Positions 35,468 to 46,100 of a DNA stretch of 64,000 nucleotides are shown here, piece after piece. Position 1 is the stretch's first letter, and every line of letters begins with the position of its first letter. A program made the position numbers and the translations under genes. The notes under the pieces were generated by a model. It saw only the letters and a program-made list of their open reading frames with translations, was not told where the DNA came from and searched no databases. The stretch is from Halocafeteria seosinensis (Eukaryota), in the NCBI GenBank assembly GCA_001687465.1, contig LVLI01000043.1, positions 124,001-188,000 on the forward strand, written 5' to 3'.

Positions 35468-38400
35468 ATGAGCGATAGATCGGATCAGTATTCTCTTGTG
35501 GTTGATTCGCCGCAGAGTCCCACGGTTATTGTGGCCGAGAATACGTGGGATGGAGGGCGTTTTGGCTGGTATCCCGTGCTGCAATCCTTGTTTTCGGAGC
35601 CAGATAGCACCACTTCTCAAGGGTTTATGGACGTTCTAGAGGACCAGGATGATTTTGACGAAGACAATTCGACTCAATTGCATTCTCAGGAGGCGCATGC
35701 AGCGGGAACGTCATTGGAAAGACAGGAAACACGAGCGCCACCACCTCCTTTAGGGCCTCAGGAATCCACGATGGCTCCTGAATTACCTCATTCAAGCTCT
35801 GCACAGCACGGCTACGATGCTCACATTGGTTTTGCCGATGAGGAAGAGGTGCAATACGTTGCTGAAGAGGATGACGGAGAGGATGAGGCGGAAGAAGATG
35901 GAGATAAAAGTGAAATGGAGCCTGAAACAGAGGAGGATCGAAAGAGACGTCTGGCCTCAATGCTGCCATTGAGTGCTTTATCGCCTTCATTTGACTTTTC
36001 CCACCCTCATACGTCGTCTATACCTTTCATAGTAGGTGAAATCGACTTGGTCAATAACGTGCACCTGCTCCCCGACACGGACCGTGGCAAACACAGCGGT
36101 AGTACCAAGAAACGAGGCAAACGACGAGGAAAGCAAACATCAGAATCAGCGACGAGTACTATTCCAAACAATTATTGCCCCATACAAGGGCGCGCTCTTC
36201 TTGGCCCCAAACGGCAGTGCCAGGAGTCTGAAAGTCGATTTGATTCCGAGCTGCAAATTCGAGTAGCTAGTAAAACCATATCTCTTCTTCAGAGTCACTT
36301 GGATCGAATAATAGCAGCCGATCAGCCAGACAAGTATAAGCAGACTGTCAACAACATTTTTTTGAGGGCAAAAGAGCTAATGCAGTACCAGATTAACAAG
36401 TTTGAGAGTGGTACGCGAAAGCGCAAGCCACTGCTGGTGAACTCCGAAAGACCTTATGAGCATGCGTCCTATCCGGTCGAAGCAACAGTTCAAGCTAGTT
36501 CTACGACCGAGCACACTGATATCACGGAAAAGCGTCAAATTTTGCAAAGTCGGAGCATCTCGAGTGACGCAGATGGCGGCAGCACCACCGATGGAAGCAG
36601 CGAAACAAGCAGCAGTAGTGGCGATACCGGGACAAACCAATTGGCATCGAACGCAGGTGGAGCTCGGGGTGGACAAACGCGGGACAAGAGTAGAATCGAG
36701 AACATTCGGTTGCCTCTCTCATTCCTTTATTCTAAACAGGAAATTGACGATGGAAGTGCGAAGACAAGAGAATGGAGTTTGTTTTTCGCCCGTGTCCAAT
36801 TTTCCGAGCGATCTGGTCAGTCTTCGTTTTTCATGAAGCTTTTGTTGGACAACCCGTCCCTGAAATCTCTCACGAAACACATAGGCAGCAAAGATTCATT
36901 TTCACGGGCATCCTACGTTGATCGCTGCGTGTGCTCCTTGCCCATGTCTGCATTGTCCAGTTTGGAAGAGTATCACGGACCTGTGCCTTCGCATATTGGC
37001 TTTACTTCCCGTGAAACTCCTGGAACAGTGTACTCTATCGAGGAGCTCGCATGGTCTCCAAGGATCCATTTATGCGAGCCTGCTCACAACAGCAACATAT
37101 CTTTCACTGCGGACAAAGTGAGCTCTATCTATTATGGCAACGACAACGGGACCACAGTTGATTCGACGGCTGACACTATCGGCAGCAAAACAAACTTATC
37201 CAAGAGCTTCTCGGAATTAAAACTCAAGCTCGAAGTGGTAATGGAGTTTCCTATCCACGAATCTCATCTAGGGGACGGGTTTCTTCGCCCTCTTGTGTGG
37301 TTTCGCTTTCCGAATCCGAAAGCTGGGAAGGGAATAGCAATAGTCAACGCCTTTGTTGCCCCGGTACACTGTCATTCCCATTGCAAGGATTACAAGGGAT
37401 TTCTAGAAAATGCCGCATTGTTGAAAGAGATATTGTGTTCACGCTCACTTGACGCTGAAAAACAAGATACCTGCCTTCGCCTTCTGTCCTCTGCAGCCAG
37501 AATTACTCGTGCTCCTGTGGCAGTATGGACTCTCATATACGGTCTTCTTGGTACGGAGCGGTTATCCTGCCTCTCAAAAGATACACTAGGGGATATATCG
37601 TTGCTTGCGAAGCAGTTGTGGCATCGCGCACATGCGGTACTCTGGATGCAGGGGGCCGAAAGCATGGCTAACATGATGCGCAGTCAAGTTTCTGGGGCGA
37701 CACCCCTGAAGACTGTTGACTGCGACAACGTGACAGTAGAAAAATTGCAATCCGAGATTTCGGAAAATGTTCAAATTAACGGTAAATCTGCTTCTTTCAG
37801 CGGGAGTGGTGACGCTGCTCGCCTCAACCAGGCTGTGCGGTTCGGTAAATTTGAATGGACGGTGACTATTGAGGCGCGGAAGCCTACTATGTTCCTGGGC
37901 GTAATCGGGGGCCCGTACGAGGAGGAAGGGATTTCAGATATGACAAGTGCACGACTCTGGGGTGTCAATTGGTCCGCGAAGACTATCGTGGAGGAAGGTA
38001 AGCACAGGCAGGCTAACGTTCCCGGCAGACACGATAGTATCCGTTGCGTTCTTAATCTGGATGATGGATCACTATCGTTTTTTACACTAGGATCTCGACC
38101 GAACGTGACGATTAGAATCGATACAACATCGTTTGAAGAAGCCGTGCCCATCTTCGTTGCGACTGGGAGCAACGTTAAACTAAAGGTGAAAGACTGCTCG
38201 TGGAACATGACAGACGCTTCGTTCAATCCAATGCTGGCAAGCATATGCAACGTACCCTCCGCCAGAGTGAATAGTATCATCCCGAGCCTAGAGAAGTCTC
38301 TTCCGGATGTAATTTACTCGAACCACAAGGAAGTGGGACCTCCTGGTTACGGCATGAATTGGTTTCACTCGGATGTTATAGCACCAGGTAAAGGAGCGAA

Positions 38401-40648
38401 AGTGGGGGTATACAGGAGTGCTGTGCATGACTCGGACGAATTTGAAAAGCAGTGGAAACTCCTTGCCACCAAAGATTTGGAAGAGGCTAGTAAACGTTCT
38501 AAACGAGACAGCAAACCACCGATAACGTCAGCACAAGATATTATTAGTATTATACCAATGGCTGATTCCGTATCCGCTAGCGAGGGTTCGTCTCCGTACG
38601 TCTTAAAACCAACCGAGAGTAGGGCTTATGAATACCAGCAACCAGGTCGGGACGATGGTAGCCGAGGACCTTTAAGTATATCGGTTCCGGGGTCAGCCAT
38701 AGGCAGGGTTAGCCTGGATCTCCAGAGAAGATACAGCGTGTTCCGTTGTAATGTGGGGCTATCTGCCGGGAAGGTTTCAGATGCTGTACTGACACGAGTC
38801 TGTACCCCTGCCGCCCAGAGGTACAATCAAGCACTAGTAAAACAGTTTTCAGGATACGCTCGTGCTTGGCAAACCGCATTGGAACTGGCTGAACCAGTAT
38901 CATCCAATGATAGCATTCCACATACACGCTCAAACAGGAACAACAGCCTTAACGATCCTTATAAAGCTGATCATGTATATGACGATCTGTTTAGACAAAA
39001 TTACCCAACCTCTCGAGCGACTGTTGAAATATGGGTAGACGAGTCTTGTCTATGGAGGAGTGGCATTCTGTCAAGTGTGAATGACGTGTACGAAGTTGAA
39101 CTGGACGTCCAGGGAGCCGATTCTTTGTATATTGTTGCAAGGGATTTAGATGTGGATTTAGACACGCTAGAAGACGTCAGTCCAACAGTGAAGGCACCTA
39201 GTCCTTTTTCCCTGGTACATATATGGCACAGTCAAGTCGTTGAAGCCTCCCGGTGGAAGTGCGCACGATGTAACACTTGGAATACTGTGGCTCATGATAA
39301 ATGTGCCCTTCAAGTATGCCAAACCCAACGCCCACCGATGGGCGTGAAACGTATGGAAGCCTCCTCTCCTCTCAAAAAATTGGTTGATTTGGGCCATCGT
39401 CCACCGATAGTAAAGTTTGACGTGGATATTTTTCAACGACTGCCTGCCTTACGTAAAGTTAAGATGGGTCGGACTAGCTCCAAACAAGGTCTACTCTCTA
39501 CCCTGCTTTCTCCTCTGGTCTATCTGGCCTACAGTTCGAAAGAAGGCGATCGTTCCGGAGACTCTTATGAGCCTTTCCTTAAAGATAGGCGGACAAGAAC
39601 GATATTATTCTCAATTATTTCTTCCTTGGCCTCCGGTTTGTCAGATCCAAATAGCTCAGAGAATGAGGATGATCTTCTTCTGGTTCTATTGAATATCTGC
39701 GGTTGCCTAAGCATTTGGAGGAAACTGACTCCCCCAGGGAGCATTTCTACGGAAGAAAGGGAGGTATTGCAGAAGTTGTACTCGTACGTCGACAGCTTTA
39801 GGGTACTAGAGCCACACAAAAAGTCGATGAAACCACTAAAGTTGAAAGACCTATTTCGTGATCTCTCTCCGGAGTGCATTCGGTTAATGGACGCCCTATA
39901 TATGATTCCTCACCCTGCGGATTTGTCTGCTTCACTCAGACGATTACCTCCGTCAAAAATACGGGTGAATCTAGCGGTAATGCTTCTCAAAGACGTGTGC
40001 TTAGATTGCTTGAAAGAAGATTCCCGTTCTTTGAAGAATATTGGGATTGTTCAGGTGGATATACCTTTCAATCCCTTGGCGAGATCTTGCGACGATACTT
40101 CAGATACCGAAGTCGGGTCGCTAAGCCCCAAGGAGTTTGTGGAAAAGATTAAATCTACCTCCGTATTTCCTTCCAGCGTGCTGGAGCGTTCGGCATTGCT
40201 TCTTGTTTCGAAACTAGGAAGTGGAGGAATCCCAGTGTCTACGCACTTGTGCTGGCCTCATGGCATTACGCTATTACTGGATGCTTCTGCCAAGAAAGAC
40301 CGCGAGGATGATCTCGTTAACACTACGATTGTACCGGAAATCCGGAAAGCAATACTATCCGTAGAAAGCGAGAGAAGGCGCAAGGAATTTCAAGTTATCC
40401 CTGACGCGTGCAAGAACGATGCTGCTTCTACTATAGAGATGCTGCAGGACGAAAACAATATTGAACCTCCACGGGTGGTGAAAGTGGAGTCTCTCATCCA
40501 GACCCCAACGGTTTCAATGATCCTTGCTCAACGGCGACGCTACGAAAATTGCATAGTGTTGACCGTGTTTCCGTACTCTGAGGCGTCTGAAACAACAACG
40601 GGGAGTAGTCGACACATTGATGTACTCAGGGGTGCCTCTCCAACATAG
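35468..40648 (+). CDS. Large protein with SPRY/B30.2-like, split NPCBM-like and RanBP2-type zinc-finger regions
   Basis: One long ORF, first ATG 35468; GKFEWTVTI...MFLGVI...IRCVLNLDDGSLSFF (SPRY); VSLDLQRRYSVFRCNVGL...VEIWVDESCLWRSG...ELDVQGADSLYIVA (NPCBM); WKCARCNTWN...KCALQVC. Confidence 0.75.
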   Translation: MSDRSDQYSLVVDSPQSPTVIVAENTWDGGRFGWYPVLQSLFSEPDSTTSQGFMDVLEDQDDFDEDNSTQLHSQEAHAAGTSLERQETRAPPPPLGPQESTMAPELPHSSSAQHGYDAHIGFADEEEVQYVAEEDDGEDEAEEDGDKSEMEPETEEDRKRRLASMLPLSALSPSFDFSHPHTSSIPFIVGEIDLVNNVHLLPDTDRGKHSGSTKKRGKRRGKQTSESATSTIPNNYCPIQGRALLGPKRQCQESESRFDSELQIRVASKTISLLQSHLDRIIAADQPDKYKQTVNNIFLRAKELMQYQINKFESGTRKRKPLLVNSERPYEHASYPVEATVQASSTTEHTDITEKRQILQSRSISSDADGGSTTDGSSETSSSSGDTGTNQLASNAGGARGGQTRDKSRIENIRLPLSFLYSKQEIDDGSAKTREWSLFFARVQFSERSGQSSFFMKLLLDNPSLKSLTKHIGSKDSFSRASYVDRCVCSLPMSALSSLEEYHGPVPSHIGFTSRETPGTVYSIEELAWSPRIHLCEPAHNSNISFTADKVSSIYYGNDNGTTVDSTADTIGSKTNLSKSFSELKLKLEVVMEFPIHESHLGDGFLRPLVWFRFPNPKAGKGIAIVNAFVAPVHCHSHCKDYKGFLENAALLKEILCSRSLDAEKQDTCLRLLSSAARITRAPVAVWTLIYGLLGTERLSCLSKDTLGDISLLAKQLWHRAHAVLWMQGAESMANMMRSQVSGATPLKTVDCDNVTVEKLQSEISENVQINGKSASFSGSGDAARLNQAVRFGKFEWTVTIEARKPTMFLGVIGGPYEEEGISDMTSARLWGVNWSAKTIVEEGKHRQANVPGRHDSIRCVLNLDDGSLSFFTLGSRPNVTIRIDTTSFEEAVPIFVATGSNVKLKVKDCSWNMTDASFNPMLASICNVPSARVNSIIPSLEKSLPDVIYSNHKEVGPPGYGMNWFHSDVIAPGKGAKVGVYRSAVHDSDEFEKQWKLLATKDLEEASKRSKRDSKPPITSAQDIISIIPMADSVSASEGSSPYVLKPTESRAYEYQQPGRDDGSRGPLSISVPGSAIGRVSLDLQRRYSVFRCNVGLSAGKVSDAVLTRVCTPAAQRYNQALVKQFSGYARAWQTALELAEPVSSNDSIPHTRSNRNNSLNDPYKADHVYDDLFRQNYPTSRATVEIWVDESCLWRSGILSSVNDVYEVELDVQGADSLYIVARDLDVDLDTLEDVSPTVKAPSPFSLVHIWHSQVVEASRWKCARCNTWNTVAHDKCALQVCQTQRPPMGVKRMEASSPLKKLVDLGHRPPIVKFDVDIFQRLPALRKVKMGRTSSKQGLLSTLLSPLVYLAYSSKEGDRSGDSYEPFLKDRRTRTILFSIISSLASGLSDPNSSENEDDLLLVLLNICGCLSIWRKLTPPGSISTEEREVLQKLYSYVDSFRVLEPHKKSMKPLKLKDLFRDLSPECIRLMDALYMIPHPADLSASLRRLPPSKIRVNLAVMLLKDVCLDCLKEDSRSLKNIGIVQVDIPFNPLARSCDDTSDTEVGSLSPKEFVEKIKSTSVFPSSVLERSALLLVSKLGSGGIPVSTHLCWPHGITLLLDASAKKDREDDLVNTTIVPEIRKAILSVESERRRKEFQVIPDACKNDAASTIEMLQDENNIEPPRVVKVESLIQTPTVSMILAQRRRYENCIVLTVFPYSEASETTTGSSRHIDVLRGASPT

Positions 40649-41030
40649 AGAGTGTTCCGTGGCTTACCGTGTAGGTCTCTATATAGGAACGCTACTCCTG
40701 TATGCGGTCGCTTCCACTTTCCACTGCATGCTTACCTGGTTGCAGGAGCTATCATGTAAAGGAACAGCCTCCGTCGGGTCTCGAAGAAAGACGCTTAGGA
40801 TTGTTCAGGATAGTGGCCGTTTACGGTTGTATTTACATGGCACGATTCGCCACGCGAAGCAGTACCGGTAGCGTTGACTAATTAGTAATGACTACTGCTA
40901 CTACTCAATGACTACCAGCCATATGTTGTAACCCACAACTTAGAATGAATTCCACCAAATGGTTTGTTAGAATCAGCGCTTCTTTCTCCCTTTCTAGTGC
41001 ATACACACATTTGTACATGTATGCCAATAA

Positions 41031-43071
41031 ATGTCGTCCTCACCCTCTTCTTCGACGTCCTCTTCGTGTCATGATCCCAACCGTCACTTCTCACACGCGA
41101 CGGGATCTGTGCTCTCCCCGTCGCATATGTCGCATGGGAGAGGGCGCTGGCATAACATTCCCTCCATCATTCGAGAAGCTTTCATGGAACTCATAGACCA
41201 GGAGGGGACTCGGAAGGCCTCGGAAACAGTGGAAAAAAGCCTTGAAAACGACAGTAAACGGCCGTCAGAAGGCATTTCCACGCCCGATTTAACTCCATCC
41301 AAGGGATACAAGGACACTGTAAAGCATTCACAGCGCGGATACCAATATGAACAACATGATACTGCCGGTGGAATGGCTCTGGAGGAGATACAGCACTCGC
41401 TGGAGCGCCAAATGACCCAAATCCAGCACCAAATTCAAACAGTGCACGAGGAAGCGCAAGCCAAAGTACGTCAAAGACTCACCCCATCTCAGGCTATAAC
41501 CCTCTGCACTGAATCAACTTTTCTTCGTTGCGGCGTTTGCAGGTGGGGCGAACGGAACTGCGCGAGTATCTCGAGCAACCGAGTTCATGGAGGAAGTCAA
41601 TGAGTGCTGCCATTCCAAGGACCACGATACCAACACCAACAGGAGACGCAGCACCAAGGGATGGACGTGAAAAATCGACAAAAAACCGAAAAGATCACGT
41701 TCGGTCCACTGAGCAACAAGGGAGGACCAAAGTCCCACAAGCGGAAATGGAAACTCCAACTCCAGACAGTGTTGGTGGCCAACCGTCACCATCACCTCCA
41801 GAAGCGGAGGATGATGAGGATAGTGTAAATAGACCTTCGGGACAAGCACTACTAGTGGGTAGACAGCTTCAGGATATGTGGGAACGAGTCTACAAAGTAG
41901 AGCGCAAGTTAAATGCTAGGTAAGGTCCTGTGCTCGTGAGAGAAGGACGTACCCTTGTACCAATGCTTGATGGTTAGCAGGCTGGAGGCATTGGAGCCTA
42001 AACTAAATAGTGTCAGAGCTCATCAAGACAAACTGCAAGATGACTTTGCAAAATTCCACGAAGAAGTAGAAGGTCGAGTTTCTGTAAAAGATCTTGCAAA
42101 CAAGCTGAAACAAGTGGAACAGCGCTTCCAAAGGAAACTAGACACAGGTATGAGGCAGCAGTTGAATTCGCAGACCGAAGAAGTTGATAAAAAGATTAAG
42201 GAGATTTTATCAAGTTTAAATACCCAACAAATATCCAAACGGGAGCTTGACGAGAGAGCTAAGGTGGAAGATGTCAAGTGCTGGTTGAATGGGAAAGCGG
42301 ATATATCTTATGTGGAAAATTCACTAAGCGGTAAAGTCGATTCAGAAGCGTTGCGCTCACTCCGAAAAGATATGATGGACCAAATCAAAGCACTCAAGAC
42401 TCGCTTGCGCAAAGAGATACAAGGAACTTCAAGTTCAGATTTGGAAAAGCGGCTTGGTCAAGTGGAACAAGAGAATAAAAGTCTTAAAAAGAAGTTGGCA
42501 TCTACTGAGAGCCAGCAACATGATGCACCACAACAAGGATATAGCTTCGTCAGATGGGTAAGTATTGTACAGGTTAAATTTATATTTGAAAGAGACATTA
42601 AATACGTGTATTTGGTCACGCGTGTACTTCAGCTATGGAAGTCTAGAGACCTCACTAACAGTGGGGTCATACCATGGGAGATTCAGGTACCTACAACATC
42701 CGGTCAACCTGTCCAATGGAATCAAGGGGATCCCCGGATAACTGTGCTCAAATCAGGACTATACGAATGCAGACTTGGAGTGTTCGTTCCGGGATTCGTT
42801 AAAGTGCATATACAGGTTAATGACGAGACCGCCATCTCATTTCAGCCTCAGTAAGTGCTGGAGGAACTCGCCTCCTTTAAAGTTGGAGCCACTATATCCT
42901 CCACGTGTTTCGTATTGCAGAGAATCGCAAAAAATAAATGCTCACCCAATGGGTAACGTAGCGGGCCATAGCTGGCAGCACTTCCTCGCTCTGGGAGAAG
43001 CAGCAACGTTAAGTGTGCGGCTCAACAGCTCCGAGAGGGGTCAGGCGTTTTTGGAGCTTCGAAAGTTGTAG
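41031..43071 (+). CDS. Coiled-coil protein with C-terminal C1q/TNF-like beta domain (multi-exon)
   Basis: Coiled coils with LNGKAD/LSGKVD; spliced C-terminus RW|LWKS...IPWEIQ...GLYECRLGVF...QAFLELRKL*, typical of a protist C1q-like family. Confidence 0.7.
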
Positions 43072-43100
43072 CAAGCGCACACACAACAATACACTAGTGT

Positions 43101-46100
43101 CTAGCTTTCATTCTCGCCATACCGTTTACTCGTCGACCTTTGGCGTAATCGCTCCAGCGCGCGTCTGTTTCTTGGAGCCTTCGATGAGGACCCTTCGGCA
43201 TCGGACTCCGAGTTCTGAGTCGTTGCTGACTCGGAAGCTGGAGATTTTGGAGGCGGTGGGACAGACTTCGGTACTGGGGAGGTACCAGAACCGGAAGAAG
43301 GCTTTGGTGGTTTTGGAGGCGGCGTCGCAGCTTTCGTTCCAGAGGAAGAGGGGGGAAGTTTGGGCGCCGGTGGAGAGGCCTTGCGTGCTTGTGAGGCGGA
43401 ACTACTTGGAGGCTTTGGTGGTGGTGGTCCAGGCTTCGGCTTTGTAGACGACTTCCCCCCTTCCGTAGAGGTCATCCCAGTCGAGGATTCGCCACGGTTG
43501 TTAGGGGCTGGTGGTACAACCTTGGGGGGAGTGGACGAAGAGCTAGAAGGAGGTCGAGGACGTGCTGGAGTTGAGCGCTGGCCAAGGGCCGAGTTGTTGG
43601 AAGAAGCTTGTGAAGACCCGGGGGGTGGTGGGACTGGTTTAGTCACACGAGAAGAGGACCCCGCTGAAGATGCATTTGAAGCATCAGTGGATCCTGGGGG
43701 GTTCTTTGAGGAAGGCGAGACTGGAGGTGGTGGGGTCGGTTTCGTTGCACCTGACTGATTGCTCGTTTTGGGGTAAGAGCTAGGAGGAGCCGGAGAAGTT
43801 CTCGGTACCGGAGGAGAGATGGCTGAAGAGCCTTGCGACGCCCCTGTTGATGTTGTTGCCGGAGGTGGACCTGGTTTTGGCGGGCGGCGCGGGGAATTCG
43901 CTGATGAGGCTTGAGAAGACTGAGAAGTAGCCGCTGCCGACGTCGGTGGGGGCGGTCCTGGCTTTGGAATGGGAGATGGCGAATTTGAAGACTGCTCAGA
44001 ACTTTTCGATGTTGTGGTTGGCGGTGGTGGGCCAGGCTTCGGTACGCGGCGAGGAGAGTTTTCACGGGACTGCACGTTCCCGGTTGAAGTGGACGCTGTA
44101 GTCTTCGGTGGCGGCCCTGGCTTGGGAATACGAGGCGAAGAGGTTGGATGAGACTCCTGAGCTGGATGTGAGCTCGGTGGTGGCGGCCCTGGTTTGGGGA
44201 TACGACGGGGTGAGCCTGCCTGAGACTCCTGAGCTGGTTGTGAGCTTGGCGGTGGCGGCCCTGGCTTCGGAAGGCGGTGCGAGGAGCTTGCAGAAGAGCT
44301 ATCCGAAATTGCAGTTGATGGTTTCTGAGATGGTGGTCCTGGGTTTCCCTCTGATGCGCTAGTTGTAGTCTCGGAAGCCGAGGCTCCAGAGTCTGTAGAT
44401 TGAGACGTTGAAGTACCCGAAGACACCCGTGGCGGCGGCGGTCCTGGCTTCGATACGGCAGACAGCGGCGATGATTTGCCAGAGGACACAGCCTTGGGAG
44501 GAGCGGGTGAGGAACTGGACGAGCCAGGCTTTGGTGGAGGTGGGATATTTTTTGGAGGAGCAGGTGATGAATTTTGAGATGCTGCTTTTGGGGGCGGTAC
44601 AGGTGGTTTCGGGGATCGGGAGGTAGCACTTCCTGGGCCCTTGGTGGAAGAACTTTCGGAAAATCGCTTTGGTGGAGGAGGCGGGGCATCCGGAGACCTA
44701 TTCGGATTTTCTTCCTCTACTGCTTCGCCACGCTTCGGGGACTGTGGAAGGGTTGGGCTCTTTGCAGGGGACTTCGGCGGCGGCATTTTCGGATTCGAAC
44801 GTGCCGTAGAACTTTCTGAAGAACTCGTTGTGGTTGCTTCAGTCGTTCGAGCTGGTGAGAGTGCCGAAGTTTGAGAGGAGCTTGAACCTGAACTGCCTTT
44901 TGGGGGAGCTGGTTTTGGAGGTTGAGATGGTCTCTTTGGCGGCGGTGAAGACTTTGTCGAAGGGACACCTGCACTCCCTTCAGCAGCAGATGTGTCTTTT
45001 TGATTTGTGGCTGAATTAGAGAGTGCTTCTGACTGGAATTTTTCTCCAGTAGAGGGATACGCGTCCGACCTCCGTTTGGTGTTTTCTTTGATCGACAGTC
45101 TGTCAGTCGCGTGCTCGGAGGCATCCTGTTTTCTATTTCCATCCTGAGAGGATGCCTTGGGAGGAGGAGGTGGCGGAGGTGGTGGAGGTGGGGTTTTACC
45201 GTCCACAGCGGAACTTGTTGTAGCGGGCGGAGGAGGAGGATCCTTCCTACTGCTGGTTATCAGTTTTATCGAGGAATCATCAGCTTCCTGGTCCTGACTG
45301 GCTTCTGCCGTACTTGTCTCAGATTTGGTGAGCAAATTGGACCTCCCAGAGGCTCCGGCTTGCTCGTCACTAGCCGACGAAGAGGGGGAAGCCTTCGTGT
45401 TCACTGATACTGAAGGGAGAGGTACTGATGCTTCAGACAATTCGTCTTTCCTCGCGGTTGCCTCAGTTGTCGAGTCTATCCCAGATTGCTCGCTACCAAC
45501 CGATGAAGAAGCAGAAGCCGCCGTACTCATGGAGGCGGAAGAGGCAGGTTCCACTGTCGGCGTTTGCTCTCCAGTTGTGGGCTCCGTTGCACTAGAAGTT
45601 GGCATAGTAGAGAACTGCAAAGTAGCACTAGTTGGCGGTGGATACTGTGATTCGTCCTCTCCAGTAGTTTCCATTTCAGTGAAAGATCCCGCGGCTTCTG
45701 AGGCACTATGTGGAGTTTCATGTTCATCACGAATATTTGTACTAGGTTTCGAGTCAACAGAAATCCGGGAATCCGTCGTTCCCACAACACTTGACTCAGA
45801 CGTAGGAAGATGCTGTTCGACAGCACTGTTCGACTCTACCAAGCTGATGGGATCAGTATTGTTAGAGCTGCTAACTTGAACAGTTTCCACGCGGTTTGAA
45901 TCGACCGGTTCTGACAGCTCATTAAACACCTCTTCACTCCTTTCAGACACCATTCTCTCCTCCGTTCGCTCTGTGCCACTGGAGTTGTCGGCTGAAATAG
46001 CGCCAGCGGCAGAAGAGCACGAAAGGGAAATTAATCCCTCCTTCTCGACCGCTTCATTCGATACAGTTTCTGTAGGAGCAGCAGAGGACATCGTCGTAAC

